Source: Nitrososphaeria archaeon (GTDB lineage Archaea; Thermoproteota; Nitrososphaeria; Nitrososphaerales; JAAOZN01). Taken from it: 64,000 nucleotides of DNA. The DNA is taken from the NCBI GenBank assembly GCA_029775855.1, contig JARVJZ010000003.1, positions 162,416 to 226,415 of the forward strand, written 5' to 3'. Position numbers and translations under genes: made by a program. Of this stretch, positions 39,886 through 49,308 are shown piece after piece (position 1 is the stretch's first letter; every line of letters begins with the position of its first letter). The notes beneath the pieces were generated by a model, which saw only the letters and a list, made by a program, of their open reading frames with translations, was not told where the DNA came from and did no database searches.

Positions 39886-39889
39886 ATTT

Positions 39890-40138
39890 TCACCCTACCG
39901 CTTCTCTACTTTCTTCAACACTGCCGAGAACCTTATCCAACTCTTCCTCAGCATCTAAACCGCTCTTTTCGACTATTCTCAAGATATTTAGGGCTGTTTT
40001 ATTCATTATATCCACAAGCCTAATCTTATCCCGAGTATCTTTCTCCTTAGGTATCTGCTCATCAAGCCATATGAACCTTTGATAAAGTCTGCTAAGCATC
40101 TCCTTAAGATCTACTGGCGAAATCTGAGCTTCAGCCAA
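39890..40138 (-). CDS. Small helical protein, candidate terminase small subunit
   Basis: Charged helical 82 aa shortly upstream of terL (inference). Confidence 0.45.
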   Translation of the reverse strand: MAEAQISPVDLKEMLSRLYQRFIWLDEQIPKEKDTRDKIRLVDIMNKTALNILRIVEKSGLDAEEELDKVLGSVEESREAVG

Positions 40139-40149
40139 CTACTCACCAC

Positions 40150-40707
40150 TCAAGCGATATACTGCACCTCAACGCCTATTGTTGTGCTGCTGGGTAGGTT
40201 GTGGTGGACTCTGATTTTAATCGGCGTTGGAACCCCAGGCTCTATGACGCCTTGTATTAATGCAGCTGCGTGGTTCAGACCGTATGTGGTCATCTGAGAT
40301 AAACCGATGCTAACACCTCCATATGTTGTGGTCGAGTAGCGGATTGTGAACCCTGTGTTGACTGCGTTGTTGTCGGCATCGGTTACATCGTATCTAATGT
40401 ATCTTCCTTGATTCGCGTCGTACCATGAGTGTGGGCAAGCTACTGTAAGTAGGCATGGGAGCTTGGTTGGTGTGAATATGAGGAGGTCAACCCAAGTATT
40501 TGGTTCAACGCTTTGGCTAGCCACCTCTCTCTTAATATCTGGGATTTTAACCCAGCTTCCCCCTATACGCTGCTTTAAAGCGTCTTCAGATGTATCGTGC
40601 CATAGCTGCCCTTCTGATGGGTTGTCTGGTGGTGTGGAGCCTATATAGAGTGTCTTCAGATTCAGCTTATCCTTAGATATAATTTCAGCAGACTCCCAGA
40701 GGCTCAC
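40150..40707 (-). CDS. Tail fibre-like protein
   Basis: GSTPP.NP.EGQLW.DT....LK....G.W fibre shaft motif, beta-rich C-terminus. Confidence 0.7.
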   Translation of the reverse strand: MSLWESAEIISKDKLNLKTLYIGSTPPDNPSEGQLWHDTSEDALKQRIGGSWVKIPDIKREVASQSVEPNTWVDLLIFTPTKLPCLLTVACPHSWYDANQGRYIRYDVTDADNNAVNTGFTIRYSTTTYGGVSIGLSQMTTYGLNHAAALIQGVIEPGVPTPIKIRVHHNLPSSTTIGVEVQYIA

Positions 40708-40991
40708 TCCGTCTTCACCACCCTTAATGATCCTCTTGCAACTAGAGGCTTACCCGCTATAGACGCTCTAACCTCGTAGAGCCATACACCTATGCCCCAA
40801 GACTCGTCAAGCGTCAAGTCGAAGTGGTATGTGCCTGTCTGCTCTTTAACCGAGCTCTGCGAATCAACCCTCTTAGCCTTAGAAGCATCCCAAACAGAGA
40901 TCTTAGGGGGCTCATCTACATCTGTTAACTCGCCGCTGAAGTCTTTAGATACGATCTTCAGCCTAACGGTTGTTCCAAGCTCGAAGCTCAA
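40704..40991 (-). CDS. Ig-like virion accessory protein
   Basis: G.TV.L......G.L.D...P.I, TG.Y..D, G.W.Y. Confidence 0.6.
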   Translation of the reverse strand: MSFELGTTVRLKIVSKDFSGELTDVDEPPKISVWDASKAKRVDSQSSVKEQTGTYHFDLTLDESWGIGVWLYEVRASIAGKPLVARGSLRVVKTE

Positions 40992-41086
40992 ACCGTTAAC
41001 ACCTCAACTTTAAATATATGCACTTCGGCTGGGTCCGGCTCTGGATCTGAGGCTTGAGGATCTATATCCGCACCGCCCCCGCTCAT
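40988..41086 (-). CDS. 32-aa small ORF MSGGGADIDPQASDPEPDPAEVHIFKVEVLTV
   Basis: Fills the gap; stop overlaps next TTG start. Confidence 0.4.
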   Translation of the reverse strand: MSGGGADIDPQASDPEPDPAEVHIFKVEVLTV

Positions 41087-41103
41087 AAGATCAACCCTTA
41101 GGC

Positions 41104-43311
41104 TCAACCCCAGCCACCTTGATCTATGAACTCCTCAACCTCTTCGACCACATCGAGGATGCCGTCGTTGTCTTGATCTAGCGTCGGGTCTTTCATGCTC
41201 TGACCCCAATGCTTCTTAGATGAGTCAAGCAGATTAGGCAGTGTGAGTTTAACCTCGTGGATCTCTTGATTATGATCTGCTGTTACGGAGAGGTATGTTG
41301 GTAAACCGTCGCCGACAGTAGTGTTCTTCAGCTGAATGAAGTCCGCAGGCCCAGAGGAATCTTTTCTAAACAGCAGAAGATACTTTTTGTTAATATTCCT
41401 TAAGCCATAGTATTGGTTATTTGAGTCTTCGAATTCGTATGTTGCCTTCCCGTCATCTGAGTAGAAGCACTCTAATTTGAGCCTGCATTGACTTATGCCG
41501 TATGACGCTGAGTCTCTGAAGTCCTCTGGAGGCATCTTAACTATGAAGCCAACCCTATTCTTGCAACCATATGTTGATGAATATGTGAACTGATGCTGAT
41601 CTGTAGGCACAAGGAACTTAGCGCCATATATCGTGCCGTGATTGTTATAGCCGCTGTAGTCTTGAGCATCCCCGTCGAAAAGTAAGTCTAACACCAAGCC
41701 GCCTCTCACATCAGGTATAGTTTGGTCGAATCTACGGTTGTAGAGCTGCTGAGTCTCAGATGCAGATAAAGCTCGGTTGTAGATGCGCACCTCATCTGCT
41801 AACATTTTTGTATAACCGCTGAAGCCGTAGCCAATCCTTAGGTTTGATGTCGTCGTTCTCACGGTGGTTCCATTAGTATCCGTTTCCCCGACTAGTGTGC
41901 CGTCAACATACATCCTCAAATATCGTCCATCAAAGGTTCCAGCCCAGTGATGCCACAAACCATCCCTAACATCAACACTACCCGATGCGCTGAAGGAGTT
42001 TCCAGCTGGATTCTTAAAATACACGGAGGGGCGACCAAGAGCGGTGAGGTAAAGCATATAGTCATAGTCGCTAACTCCTTTTTGAACAAAGCCTCTACCA
42101 CCTGATACTCCTGGTTCAAACTTAAACCAACCCTCGAGGGTGAAGGCTGAGGAAAGTTCAAGAGAGCTCCCGCTTCCACAGTTAACATAATCATCCACGC
42201 CGTCGAAGCTTAAAGCGTTGTCAACAACCTTCGTTTCACCCCTTGACCCAGTGTATGCTTCACCTAACCCCGTTCGGTCTGGCAGAATGTCGCTCAGCTT
42301 CGTGCCGTCTAAGAAGAACAGTTTATCTGTTGACGCTAAGCCGCCTTCCAAACATTTCTGATACTGTGAGCCGTTCCAAGAATACAAATCAACTCTCTTA
42401 ACTGTATCCGGCAGCCTCGCTTCAACCTTAACCCATCTGCCAACATCAACAACTATCCTATCAATGTATTTCACATTTTGAGCCGTTGGATATTCGTAGA
42501 TGTTTATTGAGCCCACTGTGCTCCAATTCGGGTTACCCACTTTACCCGCCTTCCTAAGAGGTAGAATAAAGCGTCTCCAGCCTGTGAAGTTATCAACTAT
42601 AAGCCAGTAGAATTGGTCTGCTAAAGTAGGTGCTCCTATCACCACGTTTATGTTTGTGCCTGTGTTTGCGCCGTAGATGTATAGGCAGAGGAAGTCGTAT
42701 GTTGACCAGTCTTGAGTATTTGAAAACTCTCTTCTACAGCCTACTGAAGCGTATGAGCCGCTTCCAATAGCCATCTTCAAGCTGCTTGACCCCTTCGATA
42801 CAGTCGTTGTTTCTTCGGAAAGTACTACACCATAGCTCCCTGAGCCGGCTTGATAAGGGCTCCAAATCGTCTCATCGTCGTCATATACTACTATAGGACT
42901 GCACTCCTCTAAGTCGTTGTCCAAATAGAACTCATAGGAATACTTCATGTTTGCTTTATCGTGGCTCCAGTTGCAGAGTGAACCCTTCACATATGAATCT
43001 ACTAACGCATCCCCTTCTATATCGTAGTTGTTCAAAGGATGTAGTTTTAATTCACCTAAGGAAACAGATGGGAAACCCACTCCATATAGCAGGTAGTCTC
43101 CCTCTCCGAAGTCACTATTACCCCATGGGCTGCATCCGAATTGATTCGCTGATTGATCTTTGGCGTGCTTCTGACTCCAGCCGCATAGCTTCTTGTTCGC
43201 GTAGTCTGCTGGTAGAACTAGCCTACTCCACCTCCCCTTGCTTGGATCTGGGTTCCTGTAGACCCTTAGGTCTTGAACCTCCTTCCAGAAGCCGTATCTT
43301 CGAACAGCCAT
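41104..43311 (-). CDS. LamG/concanavalin-A-domain virion adhesin with a carbohydrate-binding-like domain
   Basis: ALSFDGVDDYV, FTLEGW, DGLWHH...TFDG...MYVDG, DEVRIYNRALS, D.SG.NNHGTIYGA. Confidence 0.85.
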   Translation of the reverse strand: MAVRRYGFWKEVQDLRVYRNPDPSKGRWSRLVLPADYANKKLCGWSQKHAKDQSANQFGCSPWGNSDFGEGDYLLYGVGFPSVSLGELKLHPLNNYDIEGDALVDSYVKGSLCNWSHDKANMKYSYEFYLDNDLEECSPIVVYDDDETIWSPYQAGSGSYGVVLSEETTTVSKGSSSLKMAIGSGSYASVGCRREFSNTQDWSTYDFLCLYIYGANTGTNINVVIGAPTLADQFYWLIVDNFTGWRRFILPLRKAGKVGNPNWSTVGSINIYEYPTAQNVKYIDRIVVDVGRWVKVEARLPDTVKRVDLYSWNGSQYQKCLEGGLASTDKLFFLDGTKLSDILPDRTGLGEAYTGSRGETKVVDNALSFDGVDDYVNCGSGSSLELSSAFTLEGWFKFEPGVSGGRGFVQKGVSDYDYMLYLTALGRPSVYFKNPAGNSFSASGSVDVRDGLWHHWAGTFDGRYLRMYVDGTLVGETDTNGTTVRTTTSNLRIGYGFSGYTKMLADEVRIYNRALSASETQQLYNRRFDQTIPDVRGGLVLDLLFDGDAQDYSGYNNHGTIYGAKFLVPTDQHQFTYSSTYGCKNRVGFIVKMPPEDFRDSASYGISQCRLKLECFYSDDGKATYEFEDSNNQYYGLRNINKKYLLLFRKDSSGPADFIQLKNTTVGDGLPTYLSVTADHNQEIHEVKLTLPNLLDSSKKHWGQSMKDPTLDQDNDGILDVVEEVEEFIDQGGWG

Positions 43312-43317
43312 CTTACA

Positions 43318-43572
43318 TCAGCCTCCTAGAGGATTCTTCAACGCTTCCTCCTTAGCCTTCAGATACTCTTCCTCACTCATCGCTGTGCATGAGCCTTGCG
43401 AGTCGTGGCTGCAGAAGTGAATCTGTATGATGTATTGCTTTGATGGGTTCAGTATGCTCTTTAAATCCTTTAACGCTTCATCTACACCCACTTCGGTAGC
43501 GTCTAGGCGTATGAAGTCCCCCTCTGAAGCTTCTTCGCCTATGATCTCATATGCTTCAACATAGATCTTCAT
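43318..43572 (-). CDS. Hypothetical protein (H.C.HD...C metal-site motif)
   Basis: Coupled ORF. Confidence 0.65.
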   Translation of the reverse strand: MKIYVEAYEIIGEEASEGDFIRLDATEVGVDEALKDLKSILNPSKQYIIQIHFCSHDSQGSCTAMSEEEYLKAKEEALKNPLGG

Positions 43573-43775
43573 TTAACCACCTCCTTCCTAACCACCTTAC
43601 CCCTTAGATCAGAGAGGTCACTAAGTTTCTCGCCGCCGCACTCAACCAAATGTTTACGCTTAACATATCTCCCAGCAACCTCTACGATCTTCTCAAGGCT
43701 CCAAGCCTCCATAGAGACCTCGCTACCCCAAACATCGTGTTTACCAGAGGCCTCCTCCTTCACCTTTAACCTCAA
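43569..43775 (-). CDS. Hypothetical protein
   Basis: Coupled ORF; GGAGGTGG SD for the next gene. Confidence 0.55.
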   Translation of the reverse strand: MRLKVKEEASGKHDVWGSEVSMEAWSLEKIVEVAGRYVKRKHLVECGGEKLSDLSDLRGKVVRKEVVK

Positions 43776-43776
43776 T

Positions 43777-44190
43777 CTACATCACCACCAAATAGTAATC
43801 CCAATTCTTAGGCGGCTCGAAGACATTGTCATTCTGAGGCTCAACACACCAAACCTTGAAGCTGAAGTCGACAAAGCAGTTCAAAGCGTGGCCAAAGTGT
43901 TTGCTCGGGTAAGCCCAGAGTATGCCGAATGCATTAGGAAACCATAGGTTAACTCTACCCATCAAAACAAAGCTGAAGTCGTCACAGTCGAAAAACTCAC
44001 TCAAATACTGCTCCCTATCTGTCAAGTCTTTAGCGAGAAACTGTTCAATTGCTTCTTTAGGTAGAAGCCTATAGTAAGAGTCTCTGAGAAAGATGCTCGC
44101 AGACGGAAAAGCTTTCCGCAGCAGCCCCTCAACAACAGAAGCCTTAACCGTCAAGAAGTTAAAGGGATATAAGATTATACTCAACTTCAA
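43777..44190 (-). CDS. Papain/transglutaminase-like cysteine protease (agglutinin C-terminal-like)
   Basis: FDCDDFS, GHALN, VEPQND. Confidence 0.75.
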   Translation of the reverse strand: MKLSIILYPFNFLTVKASVVEGLLRKAFPSASIFLRDSYYRLLPKEAIEQFLAKDLTDREQYLSEFFDCDDFSFVLMGRVNLWFPNAFGILWAYPSKHFGHALNCFVDFSFKVWCVEPQNDNVFEPPKNWDYYLVVM

Positions 44191-44636
44191 TCCACAGTTA
44201 TATCCCAGTCTAATGTGATGGTCTTTGTCTCATCTTTCACTATAGGTGTTGGGAAGACCGCTCTTGAAAGCATTACACCTCCACTTTGTGATGTAAATAA
44301 GCCCGCTTCACGCCAAACACCATTATTATCTTGGCTGCTAAAGAAGGTTGAAAATGTCGCCGTGCACCCAGATCTGAACCTATCTGTAACCTGCTTTCTA
44401 GAACCTATCGGTTGAATTAGATCTGTGTCTGAAGGTGAAGGCGCTTGGTCGGATGAGCCTACACCACAATACGCAAAGCTCTCTGTTGAAGCTCCAATTA
44501 AGAGGTCGCAGATATGGCTCTTCCCCCTAGAAACTACTAGGTTGGTTATGGTATACTCTTCTATTGGCTTGCTTCCACCAAGGCTCTTATGCACTCGAAT
44601 TCTAACTCTACCTTCTAAGATTATATTCCAGTTCAA
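44187..44636 (-). CDS. Tail collar/fibre-anchor protein
   Basis: NLVV..G, GVG.....P...DT.L, EAGLF, G.ML.R, I.K. Confidence 0.75.
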   Translation of the reverse strand: MNWNIILEGRVRIRVHKSLGGSKPIEEYTITNLVVSRGKSHICDLLIGASTESFAYCGVGSSDQAPSPSDTDLIQPIGSRKQVTDRFRSGCTATFSTFFSSQDNNGVWREAGLFTSQSGGVMLSRAVFPTPIVKDETKTITLDWDITVD

Positions 44637-44650
44637 AACTGTTTACCACC

Positions 44651-44920
44651 TTAACCGCAGCTTGAAAAATCCACTCTAGCACATCCAACTGTGAAGACGC
44701 CCTTTAGATGAGTAAAAGCGCTGCAAGCAGCATTTAGCCCAGTAGCATCGCTAAGTTGCCTTCTGTATCGATTGATTATAAGATTCTCTTCTAAAGGTGT
44801 TTTTTCGCTGAATGTTGTAATGAAGGTAACCACACCTACGCGTGTAGCACCATCTTTAAGCTGCTGGTCTCTAAGGCTACGCTTAATGGAGTCAATAATC
44901 TCCCATAAGTTCTCAGGCAA
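44651..44920 (-). CDS. Hypothetical tail-tip-associated protein
   Basis: Coupled after hub gene. Confidence 0.6.
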   Translation of the reverse strand: MPENLWEIIDSIKRSLRDQQLKDGATRVGVVTFITTFSEKTPLEENLIINRYRRQLSDATGLNAACSAFTHLKGVFTVGCARVDFSSCG

Positions 44921-44921
44921 T

Positions 44922-46355
44922 CTACCCCAACTCCATCTTCATATAATCTATAGCAGATGCGCCTGCATTGTACTCTATGACTACACTTTTGACCGTAAGT
45001 TCACAGTCTATGTGAAGTTCTGGAATTACAACCCTAGCGGCATCTCCTACTTGAGGTATCTTAGATAACCCCTTTACCATTAGGTTTTCGAGGATAAACC
45101 TTCTACTCACCTTTTCAGTAAGGAGGTTTAGAGCTAACGTTTTAACGGTAGCCTTGTCGATTATGTTGGTGTTTACGTATATGAACTCCCTTCGCCCATA
45201 CTTCTTTACGCTGTTTTCGTCAACGGCTTGTGCAAGCACCGGTACACCGTAGAACTGCTTATAGGCTGGTGTCCAACTTCCGTCAACTACTATCCACTCC
45301 TCACCGTCAGAAGAGTATGCGTGTATGTCTTCGTTTGAGTTGTTGTGATACCACCTATATGTAGAAGTTTCTGTGCCACATTTAGCCAAGGTTATCCAAT
45401 ACTGCTTCCCAGCCTCAACATCTGACTGCAAAGGGATAGCAACCCAACTAGGATAGCCTTCCTCACCAACATCTGAGGGTGTAATCGTGAAGTAGTCTAT
45501 CTTTTGACCTCTCGGCTTTCCATCAAGGTCTTGTACAATCTGCCCAGATATAGGCTCGGTTGGTACTCCTTGCTTTTCTAAAAATAGAGCTATCATTCTA
45601 AGTTTATCTCCTGTTGGTGTGAATTTCGCTGCGTAGTGCCCGCTTTCTAATGTGGTGTAGCCTTCTGTGATGGTCTGGCTCTGGTCTACTTTAAGCTCAT
45701 ATCCGCCTATGGCATGCACTATATTGCGCATTTCACGTATACTTTCCAGAACCTCTATCGGCTGGATGATGTTGCTTGATGTCAGCGTCAAATCAGACCT
45801 TCTTGAACCTTTTGGGTAGAAGTGTAGTTTGAGGTTGGGGGTAAAGACATATTGGTAGTGCGCTAGTTCAGCAAGCTGGTCTAGGCACTCCTTTAACGAT
45901 ACGTAATTGAATACTAAGCTGCCTACTTTCTTATCTGTTTCTTGCACACCACTAGTATCAACTTCAGGAGCATACTTAGAGAAAAGGTCTCTCACGATAA
46001 AGTCGATTGTTTTATCGTGGTAAGATTCAACTACATATCTGTTTAACATCAGTATGTATGCATATTCTGCAGCATCTATTACGAGAAGCCTTCTCCCTCC
46101 ACTATAGTTTACAGCTACCTCCTCAACTTGCCCTTGGTAGATGTGTTGTAAAGGAGGGTTTACAGAATCGCAGTAGACGTTTACAATAGAGCCTACGCCG
46201 TATGCTTCTCTGTAGAAGCCGTTTGAGTCGTTGACTATTAGTCTGAATGTGCTTGCGCCTCCTTGGTGTAGCCTTAGTTCAAAGCTGCAGCCTTCGCTTC
46301 CAACAACTCTTGTCTTATTATTTAAGTCGGTTATTTTAACTCTTGCGTAAAGCAT
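44922..46355 (-). CDS. Tail tip/hub protein
   Basis: Follows tape measure; S.KECLDQLAEL, D.NS.KKYG.RE, GD.A.V. Confidence 0.75.
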   Translation of the reverse strand: MLYARVKITDLNNKTRVVGSEGCSFELRLHQGGASTFRLIVNDSNGFYREAYGVGSIVNVYCDSVNPPLQHIYQGQVEEVAVNYSGGRRLLVIDAAEYAYILMLNRYVVESYHDKTIDFIVRDLFSKYAPEVDTSGVQETDKKVGSLVFNYVSLKECLDQLAELAHYQYVFTPNLKLHFYPKGSRRSDLTLTSSNIIQPIEVLESIREMRNIVHAIGGYELKVDQSQTITEGYTTLESGHYAAKFTPTGDKLRMIALFLEKQGVPTEPISGQIVQDLDGKPRGQKIDYFTITPSDVGEEGYPSWVAIPLQSDVEAGKQYWITLAKCGTETSTYRWYHNNSNEDIHAYSSDGEEWIVVDGSWTPAYKQFYGVPVLAQAVDENSVKKYGRREFIYVNTNIIDKATVKTLALNLLTEKVSRRFILENLMVKGLSKIPQVGDAARVVIPELHIDCELTVKSVVIEYNAGASAIDYMKMELG

Positions 46356-46370
46356 GTGTTTGCGCCTTTA

Positions 46371-48191
46371 TCAAATCCTATTTCTGAGCCTCAGCTGCTT
46401 GGCTATTTCAAAGCCTACTTGCTCGGAAAGCTTCTTTACATCTATGTTTGATGAGATCTTCTGTGTTGTGATGTTGATTGAGCCTATGCTGATAGCGCTG
46501 AATGCTGAGAATGTTCTTGCAAGGTCTGTTAGGGTTGGTTCAACAGCGCCTTGGATTTCGGCTAGACCCTTCTTTGTTTGGTTCAGCATGTCGCTCCACA
46601 TATCTGGCCATATGCTTCGCTTTGCTAATATGTCCCAGAGCCAGTTGAATGCAGAGGCTATTGAGTTAACGAAGTTCCAGACCGCGGTTTGGATGGGTGT
46701 TATTGCATTTCTATAGAATCTCCATATAGCTTCTGAGATCGATTCCCAGACTTCAACGGATATATTTTGGAGTGTGGTGAATTGTGTCTGTAGGCTGTTG
46801 ATTAGGCTCAGCAAGCTCAGAGTCTTCTCTGAGATGGTGTTTGAGGCTTTTGCCCAGATGGTTGATATCGAGTTTATGCTTTCCGCTGCTGCTTTAAGAG
46901 CTTCACCTACACTTTCTTTAAAGCGTATGAAAGTTTGTGTGATACCTTCTGCCGTCTGCTTTATTCGATTTGATAAGGTTTCGGCGAATGTATGCAGTGT
47001 CTGTATAAGGTTATCTTGTATCCATTTAACTAATGCTGTAGTTGCTAAAGAGATGCTGCTGAAGAAAGCTTCATAGCCTTCGAGCAGCCAGCTCCTCAAT
47101 CTATCATTCAAGATCTGGATCTGAGATGCGCCTTCACTCACTTTGGCTACAAGAGCGGTAAAACCTCTTTCTAACACGCTGAAGATCTTCTCTCTACCCT
47201 CAGGCTTAGCCCAAGTCACTAGCGTGTTCCCTAGGGCTTCAAGTATAGGTATGAGACCACTGCCAACTACCTCCTTGACCTCCTCCATTAAGTTAGCGAA
47301 CCTAGCGTAAGCTCCTTCTGCTTCGTAGGCTGCTTGAGCGCTTCCTCTAAACTTTAACTCTAGATTTGTGAGAATTTCAGAGAAGCCTATAGTGGTCTTC
47401 TGTGCTTTTGTGCTTGCAGCACCGTATCTATCAAGGAACTCTTCTACCGCTTTAGCGTCGAGTTCACAGAGCTTCTTCTTCATCCGCTCTACTACTTCGC
47501 TCCAAGTCAAAGTCTGTTTTGACGCCTCATCGACCGATACACCTATATTTTTTAGAGATTCTACAACGCTCTCCTCCACCAAAGCTAATCTCCCATACTT
47601 CGATGCTAGGCTTTCGACTCTCTCATTTAACTCAAGAATCTTATAAGATGCCAGCTCAACCTCTACACCATACTTACTCTTCAGATCTGATGCTTGACCT
47701 CTGAATGCTTGACCAAGGTCTTCAACGACTTGCTTTAATGTTCTACCCGAGCCTGCTGCTGTGTCTATCGCAACACTTAGGGTTTTTAGTGCTTCTTCCG
47801 GTTCAATCCCATATCTTATAAGCGTAGTTAACGCTTCAAGGAGTTCCTGTTTTGTATAAAGCGTTGATGCTCTTATCTGATCTATCTGGCTGCTTATCTT
47901 TGGGCCCCATTCGCTCCAGCTCAGACCAAGGTTTTCAATCATCTTTCTTAAAACACCGCTTGCACTTTTCATTTCCACAACCATACCTATGGCTTCTCCA
48001 AGAAAATTTCTGATGGATGAAGCTGCGTTCAATCCTATCGATGCAACTATGAACCCGCCTGCTATGTTCGCTACCTGCCCAAGCTGGCTGAAGCCGCGTG
48101 AAAGCCTACTTGTATTCTCAGCAACGGTTTTGAAGACGCTACTCGCTTGATCTATAGCCCTAATCCTAGCTACAAGGTCGAATGTAGGCAG
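46371..48191 (-). CDS. Tape measure protein, 606 aa from a probable CTG start
   Basis: Open upstream of the tracked start: LPTFDLVARIRAIDQASSVFKTV; long helical; SIWPDMW; AGGTGA SD before CTG. Confidence 0.8.
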   Translation of the reverse strand: MPTFDLVARIRAIDQASSVFKTVAENTSRLSRGFSQLGQVANIAGGFIVASIGLNAASSIRNFLGEAIGMVVEMKSASGVLRKMIENLGLSWSEWGPKISSQIDQIRASTLYTKQELLEALTTLIRYGIEPEEALKTLSVAIDTAAGSGRTLKQVVEDLGQAFRGQASDLKSKYGVEVELASYKILELNERVESLASKYGRLALVEESVVESLKNIGVSVDEASKQTLTWSEVVERMKKKLCELDAKAVEEFLDRYGAASTKAQKTTIGFSEILTNLELKFRGSAQAAYEAEGAYARFANLMEEVKEVVGSGLIPILEALGNTLVTWAKPEGREKIFSVLERGFTALVAKVSEGASQIQILNDRLRSWLLEGYEAFFSSISLATTALVKWIQDNLIQTLHTFAETLSNRIKQTAEGITQTFIRFKESVGEALKAAAESINSISTIWAKASNTISEKTLSLLSLINSLQTQFTTLQNISVEVWESISEAIWRFYRNAITPIQTAVWNFVNSIASAFNWLWDILAKRSIWPDMWSDMLNQTKKGLAEIQGAVEPTLTDLARTFSAFSAISIGSINITTQKISSNIDVKKLSEQVGFEIAKQLRLRNRI

Positions 48192-48197
48192 CCTCTC

Positions 48198-48656
48198 TCA
48201 CCTAAACTTGAACTTGAGCTTAAAGAGGTCTTCAGCCTTCGAAGCCATCTCAGCCATCAACTTAGGTTCAACCTCGCTTATAGCTGGTCTGAGGAAGGGT
48301 CTCTCCCTAAAGCCTGGGTGCTTAGCAGACTTTGCGAAGTATGTGCTTGAACCCGCTCTGAAAAGCAGCGCTTTAGCTGCTCTAGGCCTTATTATATGTG
48401 GTTTGGTGCCAAATTCTATGTATGGTGCGTAATTGAGTTGTGAGCCTATTAGGTAGTTTAATTCCCCTTCTCTAACCCATTTTATGCTTGAAGATAATCT
48501 TCCTGTGCGTTTCGGTGCTAATCTGCTCGCTATTGAAGATGCTGCTTCAACATATTTTCTGAGTATTGCGTCACATACCTTCTTTAGCTCGTTGGCGCCG
48601 CTCAACATCGCATATCTGAAGTCCCAAAGGTTATCTACAGAGACTCTGAGCTCCAA
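48198..48656 (-). CDS. HK97 gp10-like neck/tail completion protein
   Basis: AP.RTG.L..SI, YAPYIEFGT, RPFLRPA. Confidence 0.88.
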   Translation of the reverse strand: MELRVSVDNLWDFRYAMLSGANELKKVCDAILRKYVEAASSIASRLAPKRTGRLSSSIKWVREGELNYLIGSQLNYAPYIEFGTKPHIIRPRAAKALLFRAGSSTYFAKSAKHPGFRERPFLRPAISEVEPKLMAEMASKAEDLFKLKFKFR

Positions 48657-48883
48657 AGACGCCTTCGCCTCTCTATTCTACGCCTTGACTCTTCTATGGC
48701 TGTATGCCGCTTCGGTTCAAGAGCGAAGAGAGACGAGCTTGATGCAAGGCATAACTCATCCACAAGGATGCTAAGTAGACTACCAGAATCAAGGCCAAGT
48801 ATGGCGCTTGGTGCTCGATGTGTAAGTAGCCCAAGGGCACCAGCCCTAACGCCCAAGTTAGTTGCTGCGAAATTTCTCAGCAT
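48635..48883 (-). CDS. Tail assembly chaperone extension (T-like; probably reached by frameshift)
   Basis: Overlaps the chaperone end in the +1 frame; PS.ILG...D motif. Confidence 0.6.
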   Translation of the reverse strand: MLRNFAATNLGVRAGALGLLTHRAPSAILGLDSGSLLSILVDELCLASSSSLFALEPKRHTAIEESRRRIERRRRLWSSESL

Positions 48884-49157
48884 ACCATTCAGCCTCCCCG
48901 TAGAGCTCTATACAGTATCTTAGAAGCTCGTTGAATAGTGTTGTAGTGTCTTCTGCATTTGGTTTAGGTTCTATAAGGCTTTCGCAGAGTAGGCTAACGG
49001 CTTTCTCTATCTCGCTTGAAACTTTAACCGCTTCTTCAACACACTCCACTGACTGAATCTTCTTAAATAAGTTGGCGTAAACTTGTATGAGTGCGTAGTG
49101 CCAAGCTTGCGGTGTCTTCAACCTGTAGATTGAATCGTTAACTTTAATCTCTTTCAA
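48858..49157 (-). CDS. Tail assembly chaperone (G-like)
   Basis: Between tube and tape measure genes; ends AAA TTT CGC AGC AAC TAA. Confidence 0.7.
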   Translation of the reverse strand: MKEIKVNDSIYRLKTPQAWHYALIQVYANLFKKIQSVECVEEAVKVSSEIEKAVSLLCESLIEPKPNAEDTTTLFNELLRYCIELYGEAEWYAEKFRSN

Positions 49158-49305
49158 GTCTCCTCAGTCTGCCGAACCATCTTGAGAAGTGCTCCCATGA
49201 GCAGAAGACCGTGGTTTGCGAAGTGTTTTCATTTACCTTCACCTTTAAGGTTATGGTGAAGTCCTCTGAGGTCAGATGTGCTCCGCAAAGCGAGCAGCTC
49301 GGCAT
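49144..49305 (-). CDS. 53-aa TRASH-like Zn finger (not in ORF track)
   Basis: MPSCSLCG...VFCSWEHF; fills tube-chaperone gap. Confidence 0.65.
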   Translation of the reverse strand: MPSCSLCGAHLTSEDFTITLKVKVNENTSQTTVFCSWEHFSRWFGRLRRLERD

Positions 49306-49308
49306 ACT

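Noticed and set aside
40150-43311. Diversity-generating retroelement acting on the fibres
   Set aside because: No reverse transcriptase and no template/variable repeat pair seen
48192-48200. TGA readthrough or selenocysteine fusing gp10 to the tape measure protein (same frame)
   Set aside because: These are separate proteins in tailed viruses; SD plus CTG start explains the arrangement more simply
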